Position numbers and translations under genes: made by a program. A stretch of 64,000 bases of DNA from a virus, in IMG/VR virus record IMGVR_UViG_3300045988_155520, positions 224,001 to 288,000 of that record. The stretch is one strand, 5' to 3'. Shown one piece after another: positions 7,929 through 15,745 of the stretch. Position 1 is the stretch's first letter. Each line of letters begins with the position of its first letter. The notes under the pieces were generated by a model. That model was not told where the DNA came from and searched no databases. It was given only the letters and a program-made list of their open reading frames with translations.

Positions 7929-8147
7929 TTAATTAATTATGTTTAACAAACTTATTTATTTTCGTTTTAAGAAGCTTTATTCAACCAAACATATAAATTT
8001 ATAGTCTACATTCCGAAATACTCTCACAGGTGCTTAAAATAGTAAAATCTTTAAATATGTACGCATGTGTATATTATGCCAACACTTATATAGAACTTGT
8101 GTAACTGTTAAAAAATACTTATCATATAAAATTAATGGACCAAATAT

Positions 8148-8178
8148 TTTGTCAATTAAAAGAAATGTCTTACCTTTG
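8148..8178 (+). promoter_or_regulatory. Bacteroidota-type promoter (plus strand)
   Basis: -33 TTTG (8148-8151), -7 TACCTTTG (8171-8178), 19-nt spacer. It lies inside the track ORF 8135-8590, so that ORF's first 46 codons are probably not translated. Confidence 0.65.
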
Positions 8179-8259
8179 CATTGTGATTGAGAAAAACAGG
8201 TACTCTTTCACATATCCGACAGGAATGGTTCCTTTCTGGATACATACACACACTACCTG

Positions 8260-8273
8260 TACTTATTTAAGTA
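8260..8273. repeat. TACTTA-N2-TAAGTA palindrome, copy 3 of 6
   Basis: The sequence is gTACTTATTTAAGTAtg. The trailing ATG is the candidate start at 8273. Confidence 0.8.
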
Positions 8274-8590
8274 TGATAAATCGTTGTAAATCAACAAAGG
8301 TGTCTTATATTCAGTCACCTGAAAATATTGATAATGTAGAACTTAATGGAGATTATAAGCAGGAGGTTTATATTGATTTAACCAAGGAACAACTGGAAGC
8401 TTACAACCTTCATGTCAGAGAGTTCGAAAAAGAAAAATTGAACGGGTTGGATACTCATTCAATATTAAAGGAAGGTGTCAATAATTTGGATTCAAATGGA
8501 CTCCTTCAGATATTGTTCTATTTCAATGTTGAAACCGATGAACAATTCAAAGTATATAGAAATACAATTGTTCAAGTAAGTGTTTCTTAA
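8273..8590 (+). CDS. hypothetical protein
   Basis: Downstream part of track ORF 8135-8590. This ATG (MINRCKSTKVSYIQ...) lies downstream of the promoter at 8148-8178, but ATG 8225 (M31) is the first ATG after it, so start choice is uncertain. Confidence 0.5.
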   Translation: MINRCKSTKVSYIQSPENIDNVELNGDYKQEVYIDLTKEQLEAYNLHVREFEKEKLNGLDTHSILKEGVNNLDSNGLLQILFYFNVETDEQFKVYRNTIVQVSVS

Positions 8591-8759
8591 AAGGAGGTAT
8601 TAGGTTAATAAAGATTTTGAATGAAGTTTTTTCATAGTTTAAAATTAAGTTATTATTTATTATAGTGGAGTGCACGATGAAGGACTAAAGCGTTAGAACA
8701 CCCACGTGCACAGAAGCTATAAAACGTTATTAAACCACTTTTACAGGGGTATTAAAGTG

Positions 8760-8773
8760 TACTTATTTAAGTC
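8760..8773. repeat. TACTTA-N2-TAAGTA palindrome, copy 4 of 6 (imperfect)
   Basis: The sequence is gTACTTATTTAAGTC, with the last base diverged. Confidence 0.6.
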
Positions 8774-8974
8774 AGACACAGAAAGCATCATCACATTGTA
8801 CGATGCTAATTATTAAAAATGACTCACTTTAATTCCTGAAATATATCCAACATAAACAAGAAGTATCTCGAAATAGGTCGCATGATACGCAGATTAAACA
8901 TGGATGATGTGTCAAGTAATCCTTTACAGATGGTACATTATATGGTATATTATACCAAGGGTGTGAATTATATA

Positions 8975-9300
8975 TAAACATATAAATATATATTCTTCTC
9001 TACTACTCTGATGATTACTATCAACAAATACATATAATATAAGGTTATACAGAACAGACATGCAAGCAGAGATAATGTATACATACTATATATGATACGA
9101 TAATGATATAAGATACTACATCCATCATAACATGATACATATATCTTCTGTTCCAAATTAGAACACATGCTTATATGATAAGATACAAATACGATTAATA
9201 ATAGGATATAAAGATTATATATACTATCAAGATGAGAATAATAGATACAATATAAAGAAGAAAAGATATAAAAAGTATATGCAATAAAGATATAAATAAT
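8975..9300. repeat. purine-rich low-complexity region with AGATA(T/C)A-type motifs
   Basis: Plus strand is A/G-rich with many GATAYA / AGATATA units (gatacgataatgatataagatac, ggatataaagatta, agatacaatataaag, aagatataaaaag, aaagatataaata). No credible ORF. Confidence 0.6.
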
Positions 9301-9334
9301 AAGCCTTCAATCTACAGAATTTTTGAGGCGTATG

Positions 9335-9348
9335 TACTTAATTAAGTA
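9335..9348. repeat. TACTTA-N2-TAAGTA palindrome, copy 5 of 6
   Basis: TACTTAATTAAGTA is a perfect 14-bp palindrome, flanked as tatg...tatg. Confidence 0.8.
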
Positions 9349-9404
9349 TGGACTTTATGTAAAAGAAAAATATAACCACTATATAAAACGAGAATGTAAA
9401 TGCT

Positions 9405-9440
9405 AAGGGGTGTCCTAATTACGGAACATCCCTTCTTTTA
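9405..9440 (+). terminator. rho-independent-like terminator (plus strand)
   Basis: Stem AAGGGGTGT(CC) at 9405-9415 pairs with (GG)AACATCCCTT at 9423-9434, about 9 bp including one G-T. Followed by CTTTTATTAT. Confidence 0.5.
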
Positions 9441-9486
9441 TTATATCAATTTTCTTATTATAATATGATGCAGTACGTGCCAGTAT

Positions 9487-9542
9487 GGGTGGGCAGGTAG
9501 GCGGTTGTGTACCATAATGTGTACACGAGGTGGGTGGGATGG
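9487..9542 (+). other. G-rich island with internal hairpin (G-quadruplex candidate)
   Basis: The sequence is GGGTGGGCAGGTAGGCGGTT-GTGTAC-cataatgt-GTACAC-GAGGTGGGTGGGATGG. Two GGGTGGG pairs flank a 6-bp hairpin. The composition stands out against surrounding AT-rich DNA. Confidence 0.4.
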
Positions 9543-9689
9543 TAGATAGAAAACTTGCATAAATATTGCATATGAGTTAAACACTATGAAAGACATTTAA
9601 ACAATAATTTACAAATTATAGATTGTTAAATGAATTAACATAATGTATCTTTTATCCTTCTTTTTCTACGTAATTTTTGGGCAAGTATG

Positions 9690-9703
9690 TACTTATATAA
9701 GTA
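9690..9703. repeat. TACTTA-N2-TAAGTA palindrome, copy 6 of 6
   Basis: TACTTATATAAGTA is a perfect 14-bp palindrome, preceded by tatg. Confidence 0.8.
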
Positions 9704-9889
9704 TAACTTATTGATTATCAAGTAATATACAGTTTTCTGTATATTGTTAATTAGTGTTTATGTATATAGTAGTCTGTTTATCATAATAATATGTTATCTA
9801 ATATAATAATCTAAATCAAATAGTTCAATTAACAAATCTAAACCATATTCATGCATAAAACAAAATCCTTTCATTCCTCTAATATATTA

Positions 9890-9931
9890 ACTAAAAACCG
9901 CACAATGGGAGTAACAACAACCACTGTGCGG
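9890..9931 (-). terminator. rho-independent-like terminator (minus strand)
   Basis: Stem CCGCACAATGG (9898-9908) pairs with CCACTGTGCGG (9921-9931) with one mismatch. On the minus strand TTTTT (9893-9897) follows. Confidence 0.6.
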
Positions 9932-10040
9932 AACAACAAAATAAAACAATAAAAAATTAAAATTATACAGATTAATTAAATTTCAACTATTGTCAACAAA
10001 ATTCCAATACCTAATGACAAAATAGATAAAAGCATCATGT

Positions 10041-10154
10041 TTAGGAAAAAATTCTTTGCATCATCTGTATCCATTCCTGTTCTAATATATATCCCATCAA
10101 TGAAAATGCCATTAAACAACATAATAAAGCACAAAAAATAAATAACAAATTCAT
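10041..10154 (-). CDS. small hydrophobic peptide (37 aa)
   Basis: Hand-translated MNLLFIFCALLCCLMAFSLMGYILEQEWIQMMQRIFS. ATG lies 27 nt downstream of the canonical promoter at 10181-10212. Confidence 0.45.
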   Translation of the reverse strand: MNLLFIFCALLCCLMAFSLMGYILEQEWIQMMQRIFS

Positions 10155-10180
10155 AATGTATATCTTTTTAAAACTGTTTG

Positions 10181-10212
10181 CAAAGATAAAGAATAAATCT
10201 TGTTGTACCAAA
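10181..10212 (-). promoter_or_regulatory. Bacteroidota-type promoter
   Basis: -7 TATCTTTG (10181-10188), -33 TTTG (10209-10212), 20-nt spacer. Divergent from the plus-strand block promoter. Confidence 0.7.
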
Positions 10213-10273
10213 TAAACAGAATAATATTATTAACTTTTAACACAAAATTGTTGGATATATGAAAATTATAATA

Positions 10274-10281
10274 TAACTTTG
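10274..10281 (+). promoter_or_regulatory. -7 box of the plus-strand block promoter
   Basis: TAACTTTG lies 30 nt upstream of ATG 10311. No clean -33 TTTG (ATTG at 10247-10250). Confidence 0.5.
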
Positions 10282-10310
10282 CACCATATTAAAATAAAAA
10301 GAATAAATAT

Positions 10311-10676
10311 ATGGATATAAACGAAAAAGCAAGAGAATACGCTAATAAAAGATTTAAAGATAAAACTGGAGAATCTAACTTTATCAATCTTGATAAAAAG
10401 ATATTCACATATAATGATATCAAAAATGCTTTCATTAAAGGTTTTGAATGCATCAATCAAAATGTAAAGATTCAATGGCACGAAGAACCATATTGTTTCA
10501 AAGCCGATTTGCCTTTCATTAATATGATTATTAAAAAGGAAACAAATAATCAATATGTAGGATATATTAATAAAGAAAGAATCAATCTACCAAATTATAT
10601 TGATGAAACAAATATAAATGAAGTAATGAGATTTATGTCCGATAGAATTATTACTAATGTAAGAGATTATGAATAA
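10311..10676 (+). CDS. hypothetical protein (DIK-AF-G...W family)
   Basis: 121 aa. The motif YNDIKNAFIKGFECINQNVKIQWHEE resembles FDDIKAAFNAGSESVIESASKLEWKE in 51046-51435 and 50448-50813. Confidence 0.8.
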   Translation: MDINEKAREYANKRFKDKTGESNFINLDKKIFTYNDIKNAFIKGFECINQNVKIQWHEEPYCFKADLPFINMIIKKETNNQYVGYINKERINLPNYIDETNINEVMRFMSDRIITNVRDYE

Positions 10677-11073
10677 AGAACAACTTAAAATTGATGATTA
10701 TACTTCTTTCATAAAGAGATTAAATAATATAAAATCATTGGAAGAAACTTTAAAAGAAAAATTTTCAGATGACAAAATCCAAATAAAAGATGTTATTGAA
10801 TATTGTCAAATAAGTTATTGTTTAGGTGTTAGTGATGCAAAAGAAAGATTAAAAGATTTGGAATGGGATACTAACAATACCGCATACGGATATAAAGTTA
10901 AATATGAAATATATCCATCAGATTTTGGTGGTATTTATCAACTCTTTATTAATAACAATAAATATGGTAATTTCAATAACCTCAATGAAGCAAGAGAGAA
11001 AGCGCAAGAACATTACAAGTCAAGATTAAATGAATTATTCTATGGATATGAAATTGAAGGAAAACAATTATAA
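10669..11073 (+). CDS. hypothetical protein (LEW...EA+..A..Y family)
   Basis: 134 aa. The motif DLEWDTNNTAYGYKV...LNEAREKAQEHYKSRL is paralogous to the next gene. Confidence 0.8.
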   Translation: MNKEQLKIDDYTSFIKRLNNIKSLEETLKEKFSDDKIQIKDVIEYCQISYCLGVSDAKERLKDLEWDTNNTAYGYKVKYEIYPSDFGGIYQLFINNNKYGNFNNLNEAREKAQEHYKSRLNELFYGYEIEGKQL

Positions 11074-11422
11074 ATCTATCTTAGAACGCATTAATCACTA
11101 CGTAAGGCGCAAAAGTAACTTCGGTGATACATTACCAACCAAAGATGCTTTATTCGCCTTAGAGATAACGTATGGGGCTGCAATCAACGATATTATTGAT
11201 AGAATAAGTAAGTTAGAATGGAATGAAGATAATATAGCTTACGGGTTTAATAATAAATTCCACGTCAACATTAATGCAGACACTATGCATCCAGAACTCT
11301 ATATTAATGACGCAATCCAAGCTGAATACATTACAGTAGACGGAGCAAAAGAAGCAGCACTGGCATATAATACTGATAAGATAAGAGAAGAACTTGATAT
11401 TGTAAGTAAAGAAAATGGATAA
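11048..11422 (+). CDS. hypothetical protein (paralog of 10669-11073)
   Basis: The track ORF starts at 11030. ATG 11048 (MKLKENNYKSILERINH) parallels the paralog N-terminus. Carries KLEWNEDNIAYGFNN...GAKEAALAYNTDKI. Confidence 0.75.
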   Translation: MKLKENNYKSILERINHYVRRKSNFGDTLPTKDALFALEITYGAAINDIIDRISKLEWNEDNIAYGFNNKFHVNINADTMHPELYINDAIQAEYITVDGAKEAALAYNTDKIREELDIVSKENG

Positions 11423-11990
11423 GGATTTATTAACACCCGAAAGTAAAATGGAATTACGAAAAGGGGATTTCATTGTAAACACAGTTAATGACGATATTGT
11501 TATTGTTAAAGAGCCTGTAGATTTTGGAATAATATCAAAAGCATATAATAATTGTCAAGATAGTTCCATTATTGCCCGAGAGTTTATTTTAGGTGAAAAG
11601 TTTATATGTAATATAGGAACTTGGAGAAAAGCTACTCACGAAGAAAAGAATGAGTTTATTCAGGAACTTAAAGAACATGGTCATGAATGGGTTGAAGATG
11701 CAAAAGAATTATATTATGGTGGTAAAAGAACACCGATAGATTTTGAAAATAATCCTCCAAATAAAAATGATATCATTGTAAGAAGTGATGGTTTGATATA
11801 CGCAGAGTATCATCAAATGAATAGTACCAAAAATATATTCTTTGGAAAACTATGTATCTTTAGTGATAGAATGTATTTGGATGATTTGGTTATCATTGAT
11901 GATATGGCTTATACAGATGATTTGGAGTGGTATCATGCAAATGATAGAGAAATAGCAGTATTTAACAAATTACTTAAAACAAAGAAATAA
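11415..11990 (+). CDS. modular repeat protein, 2 modules
   Basis: 191 aa. Module is KGDFIV...about 55 aa...WRKATHEEKNEFIQELKEHGHEW. The same module recurs in 11992-14341 and in minus-strand genes 28361, 33086 and 35910. Confidence 0.8.
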   Translation: MDKDLLTPESKMELRKGDFIVNTVNDDIVIVKEPVDFGIISKAYNNCQDSSIIAREFILGEKFICNIGTWRKATHEEKNEFIQELKEHGHEWVEDAKELYYGGKRTPIDFENNPPNKNDIIVRSDGLIYAEYHQMNSTKNIFFGKLCIFSDRMYLDDLVIIDDMAYTDDLEWYHANDREIAVFNKLLKTKK

Positions 11991-11991
11991 A

Positions 11992-13467
11992 ATGGATAAA
12001 ATTCAAAAATTCGAATCAGGCACTTATATCACTAATGGAGAAATGAGTGGTATAGTTAAATGTTACTCAGCTGATATGTTTTATTTTCATAATAGATTCC
12101 CAGAAGAAGGAGGGAGTATATTTTTATACATAGCTTTTCTTAATGCAGATGATAAGCATACTATTCTCAAAGAAACGAAAACTTTTAATGATGGCTCATT
12201 CCGTGAAATGAATGATTCTGAAATTAATGAATTTAATCAAATGCTCTTGAAAAACGGATATATATGGGACGATGATTCTATGAAAGTCATTAAAATGGAA
12301 GCAACAGTCTCATCGGTTAATCAAGAAAATAAAACTGAAGAAATGAAAGAAACTAAACCAAAGTTCAAGACAGGTGATTTCCTTACAAGTATTGACGGAG
12401 TCGAAACATTTATCTTCATGAGATACGAAGAAGATGAATGGTTGTTAGGATGGAATATAGTATACGGTATAGACGAATGTTGTAATAAGTGTGAGGTGCA
12501 AAGATTTAATCCTGCACATCCTTGGCAATATTCAACCGATTATGAGAAACAACAATTTCTCTACAGACTAAGAGGCACATGTTATGTTTGGCATGATGAT
12601 GTAAAAGAAATGCGTAAGGAATATGAGTTAGATGATGATAAACTCAAATGTGGTGACGTTATTTATTTCAGAGATGGAGAAACTGTTATCTTCAAGGGAA
12701 TAACTGCTGATAAACTCAAGATGAGAGTATGGCATGCACCTACAGATGGTAACGTCTTAACTGAGTATAATAGATTTATTCCTTGGAAATATGCTACAGC
12801 TAATCAACAAGATTATATTCGTGATATATTAAAATTAAATGGATATGTATGGGATAAGGATGAAAATAACTTCTTCTCACACCCAAGAATGATAACTACT
12901 AATATTAGTGATAATTCCATTTCAATTCCAAATGAAATTCAACCTATCAATATTCCAGACGGATATATAGCAACTATTGAGAATGGAAAGATTTATTTCA
13001 CCAAAGAGTTTAAGGATGGTGATTTTATTAAAACGAAAACTGACTGTGCAATAGCAATCTTTAAAGAAATATCAGATGGAGGAGAGATTATTGGATACGC
13101 TGAATATTTTACTAAGAGTGACGGTTTTCTTATGGCAGAGGATGTTATCGGACACCATTTAAATCAATGGACAAAAGCTACAGATGAAGATATACAATTG
13201 TTCAAAGATAAATTGGCAGAACAGAATTATAAGTGGAATGAGGAATTAAAGCAACTTGTAGATTTATGCTGGATGCCTGAAATTGGAGAAACGTATTACT
13301 TTATTAATAGATATTTTAAGGTGATTAAAGCAAGAAATATTAATAGTAAAGCACAGCGAAAATATATATCATTACATAATTGTTTTAAGACAGAAGAAGA
13401 TGCAACGGAACTCTTAAAGGAACTGAAGCAAATGTTTGTAAACTATAATAAACAAAAATATGAATAA
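11992..13467 (+). CDS. modular repeat protein, about 5 modules
   Basis: 491 aa. Repeated units (F/Y)..GD(F/V)I... then (W/F).(K/Y)(A/S)T..(E/Q)...F...L...GY.W(D/N/H). Examples: FREMNDSEINEFNQMLLKNGYIWDD, WQYSTDYEKQQFLYRLRGTCYVWHD, WKYATANQQDYIRDILKLNGYVWDK, WTKATDEDIQLFKDKLAEQNYKWNE. Confidence 0.85.
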   Translation: MDKIQKFESGTYITNGEMSGIVKCYSADMFYFHNRFPEEGGSIFLYIAFLNADDKHTILKETKTFNDGSFREMNDSEINEFNQMLLKNGYIWDDDSMKVIKMEATVSSVNQENKTEEMKETKPKFKTGDFLTSIDGVETFIFMRYEEDEWLLGWNIVYGIDECCNKCEVQRFNPAHPWQYSTDYEKQQFLYRLRGTCYVWHDDVKEMRKEYELDDDKLKCGDVIYFRDGETVIFKGITADKLKMRVWHAPTDGNVLTEYNRFIPWKYATANQQDYIRDILKLNGYVWDKDENNFFSHPRMITTNISDNSISIPNEIQPINIPDGYIATIENGKIYFTKEFKDGDFIKTKTDCAIAIFKEISDGGEIIGYAEYFTKSDGFLMAEDVIGHHLNQWTKATDEDIQLFKDKLAEQNYKWNEELKQLVDLCWMPEIGETYYFINRYFKVIKARNINSKAQRKYISLHNCFKTEEDATELLKELKQMFVNYNKQKYE

Positions 13468-14341
13468 TGTTTTTAAGAACGGAGATATTATTACCAGTGT
13501 AAACACCACTGGTATCTTCAAAGATTATGATAAATCTACAGATAAGATAACGTTCTGGGTAGAAATTACATGGTCTGTTGACCCTACTGTTGAAATAAAT
13601 GCTGTTGCTACGGGTATTGAATACTTTACCAAAGCAACTCCAAGAAAAGAAATAGAAGCCGTTAATTTCTTAAATAAAGAGGGATATATATGGGATGATA
13701 AAAATGGTGTGTTAATAGATACCTATGCAAATCTTACTTATGATATCATCAAAAAGCATTTACTTGAAAATAGTTGGTATACAAATGATGAAACTGGTGA
13801 ATGTTTCCTAATGAGAGATTATATTTCTAAAAAGGATGGGGTTATCGGGACATACGCATTCATTGATAAAGATAATTTCATCCATATTGATGAAAATGTT
13901 TTTAAAATAGATGGCAATTGGAGATGTGTAAGAAGAAGTGAAGAGGAACATCTATTTGATAGATTAAGTCGAGTGGGCTATCTTTGGAATGATGTAACGG
14001 ATGAATTGGTCTATGTTGGTAAATATAATCTATCAAGCAAAGAAAAGGATAGATTAACAAAAGGAGATTTTATTGTTGATGAAACAAAAAATGAAATATT
14101 CATTTTAAAAGAACAAGATTATTTTATAACAGTTAGTGTCAAAAATTACACGCCTTATTATAAAACATGGGCTTCAATGAAACTTGGTAAACCAAAAAGT
14201 ATCTCTGTAACTAATGAGAAATATCCAATGTATTCAACACTAAGATACGCAACATTACCAGAAATAAATGATTTCCTCCAAGTTCTTAAAGATAATGGTT
14301 ATACTTGGAATAATAAAACAAAACAATTAATAGAAGAATAA
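13460..14341 (+). CDS. modular repeat protein, about 3 modules
   Basis: 293 aa of the same module family: FTKATPRKEIEAVNFLNKEGYIWDD, RRSEEEHLFDRLSRVGYLWND, LRYATLPEINDFLQVLKDNGYTWNN. Confidence 0.85.
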   Translation: MNNVFKNGDIITSVNTTGIFKDYDKSTDKITFWVEITWSVDPTVEINAVATGIEYFTKATPRKEIEAVNFLNKEGYIWDDKNGVLIDTYANLTYDIIKKHLLENSWYTNDETGECFLMRDYISKKDGVIGTYAFIDKDNFIHIDENVFKIDGNWRCVRRSEEEHLFDRLSRVGYLWNDVTDELVYVGKYNLSSKEKDRLTKGDFIVDETKNEIFILKEQDYFITVSVKNYTPYYKTWASMKLGKPKSISVTNEKYPMYSTLRYATLPEINDFLQVLKDNGYTWNNKTKQLIEE

Positions 14342-14344
14342 AAT

Positions 14345-14752
14345 ATGAATACAAGACAAAACGTATATATAGGATTATTATCCTTTACACTCTTTAATTT
14401 GTCAGCATATCAATTTTTGACATTAAACGATTATTTGAATTATTATTATTTAGTTTTTGTGTTCTTCTTTATTAATCAATCATTCATTGTAATGAATATA
14501 TTTGATATAATAACATTTGATGAAGAAAAAGATATAAAAGAAATCATTCAAAAAAATATTCAACTATATAGTATAGGGCAAGTAATTCTTATCACAGCAA
14601 TAAACATTATAATGATTGTCTTAGGATTTAACATACTATATGGAATCATCAACATAGGAACATATTATATCCTACTATATATCTTATATAAAATATCAAA
14701 GAATGTAATTACAAATTCAAAATCACAACATATTAAGAGAAAAACTATATAA
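14345..14752 (+). CDS. multi-pass membrane protein
   Basis: 135 aa with three or four hydrophobic segments (IGLLSFTLFNL, YYYLVFVFFFINQSFIVMNIF, VILITAINIIMIVLGFNILYGIINIGTYYILLYILY). Confidence 0.75.
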   Translation: MNTRQNVYIGLLSFTLFNLSAYQFLTLNDYLNYYYLVFVFFFINQSFIVMNIFDIITFDEEKDIKEIIQKNIQLYSIGQVILITAINIIMIVLGFNILYGIINIGTYYILLYILYKISKNVITNSKSQHIKRKTI

Positions 14753-14847
14753 AGAATACATAATACTAATATTTATAGGTAAGCAAATATATAATATACT
14801 GCTTGCCTATTTTTTTATAACTAATAAATTCAACAAAAAACAAAGTA

Positions 14848-15117
14848 ATGCGGATGAAAAAGACGTACTACCGAAAAACACCACCTAAAAAGTTTGAACC
14901 AGATAAATGCCACTGGACAAGAACTGACAAAAATAGATGGAAAAGTAAAGTCACTTACGAAACAGAAGACGATGCCGAAGAATGGCTTAAACAGCACCCT
15001 AAACTAATACAACAAGGAATGGTATCATATGTCTGCCCCATATGCAATAAATGGCACTGTGGACATAATACAATAGATAAAGACACAAAACAACTACTTA
15101 AAAATAATTTTAACTAA
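14848..15117 (+). CDS. small Cys/His protein, putative zinc-binding
   Basis: 89 aa. Basic N-terminus, C-terminal YVCPICNKWHCGHN. Followed by terminator 15133-15170. Confidence 0.7.
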   Translation: MRMKKTYYRKTPPKKFEPDKCHWTRTDKNRWKSKVTYETEDDAEEWLKQHPKLIQQGMVSYVCPICNKWHCGHNTIDKDTKQLLKNNFN

Positions 15118-15132
15118 TATAAAAACAATAAT

Positions 15133-15170
15133 CCCTCAATAGATAATAATATGCCTATTGAGGGGTTTTA
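15133..15170 (+). terminator. rho-independent-like terminator ending the plus-strand block
   Basis: Perfect 10-bp stem CCCTCAATAG (15133-15142) / CTATTGAGGG (15155-15164), followed by GTTTTAATG. Confidence 0.75.
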
Positions 15171-15180
15171 ATGTTATTTG

Positions 15181-15337
15181 TGACGTTTATATTGAGGTCC
15201 TGTAGTATATTCAGGATTATAAGGACAAACACCGCCAGCGCCCTTGCGATTAATCAAATCGTCAATAGTCTTAGCATCATGTTCGCATCCAACTTATATC
15301 ACACTGCATAATGGTCTTATATAATTAATCTTTTTCA
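15181..15337 (-). pseudogene. small ORF interrupted by an in-frame TAA
   Basis: Hand-translated MKKINYIRPLCSVI-TAA-VGCEHDAKTIDDLINRKGAGGVCPYNPEYTTGPQYKRHK-TAA. The stop at 15293-15295 is in frame. No canonical promoter seen. Confidence 0.3.
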
Positions 15338-15461
15338 TATTCAATATAAAAATCATCATAATAACAAATGTGTGTCTACCTATCACAGGCAAACACACAT
15401 CATATCTAATTATTAAAATCTAAACAAACTAAAATTTATATTTAAGTAATTATGAATCTCT

Positions 15462-15738
15462 TTAAAAGCGAGAGGGGATGCTGACCGCAGCAATCTCACT
15501 AAAAGGTCACGACATCGACCCTCTCACGCACCAAACTGAGCTGGATTATGGAATCGAACCACTCCTCTGTATTGGAAAAACACAGCGTGCACCATTACAC
15601 CTTATCCGCATATAAAATAGGAAGCAAAGTTGTTTAAATAAACCAATATTATATTCTGTATTAATACTGCTGTACGCTTCCACTAAGTATATATAAGTCT
15701 GAGTATGGAACTCAGAGGAGAATAAGACTTCTCTAAAT
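15462..15738 (-). ncRNA. promoter-driven noncoding transcript, about 275 nt, structured
   Basis: Canonical promoter 15746-15777 with no ORF longer than about 20 codons downstream. Contains hairpins GAGAA/UUCUC, CUGAGU/ACUCAG and GGAAGC/GCUUCC, a tRNA-like module (15545-15612), and a 9-bp GC-rich closing stem (GCG..AGAGGG / CCCUCUCGC, 15468-15533) followed by UUUU. Confidence 0.55.
15545..15612 (-). ncRNA. tRNA-like element, not a canonical tRNA
   Basis: Minus sense: GCGGATAAG-GTGT-AATGGT-GCAC-G-CTGTGT-TTTTCCA-ATACAG-AGGA-GTGG-TTCGATT-CCAT-AATCCAGC. Has a textbook T-loop (GGTTCGATTCC), a D-arm with GG, and a 6-bp anticodon-like helix with 7-nt loop UUUUCCA. The acceptor pairs only with a bulge (GC-GGAT / ATCC-A-GC) and the 49-65 pair is A-A. 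Confidence 0.35.
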
Positions 15739-15745
15739 CACAATG

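Noticed and set aside
8968-9168. Minus-strand ORF of 66 aa in the purine-rich tract, and ORF 10266-10553 (minus).
   Set aside because: The peptides are low-complexity Y/I/L-rich. The first lies in a repeat tract with no promoter. The second is antisense to the first gene of the plus block and spans its promoter.
15293-15295. The in-frame TAA as evidence for an alternative genetic code, as seen for TAG or TGA recoding in some large gut phages.
   Set aside because: All roughly 110 other ORFs are long and contiguous under the standard code and end at TAA, TAG or TGA normally. TAA reassignment is not a known phage code. A single case fits a nonsense mutation better.
15545-15612. Possible canonical tRNA gene (tRNA-Glu UUC).
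   Set aside because: The acceptor stem gives only 3 of 7 pairs without invoking a bulge. The 49-65 pair is A-A, an extra nucleotide sits between the D and anticodon arms, and position 37 would be C. It is kept only as a tRNA-like element.
15462-15620. Possible attP with a tRNA 3' half, implying an integrase nearby.
   Set aside because: No integrase or recombinase is in the window. The T-arm and acceptor are imperfect, unlike a copy of a functional host tRNA 3' end. It cannot be excluded without the host genome.
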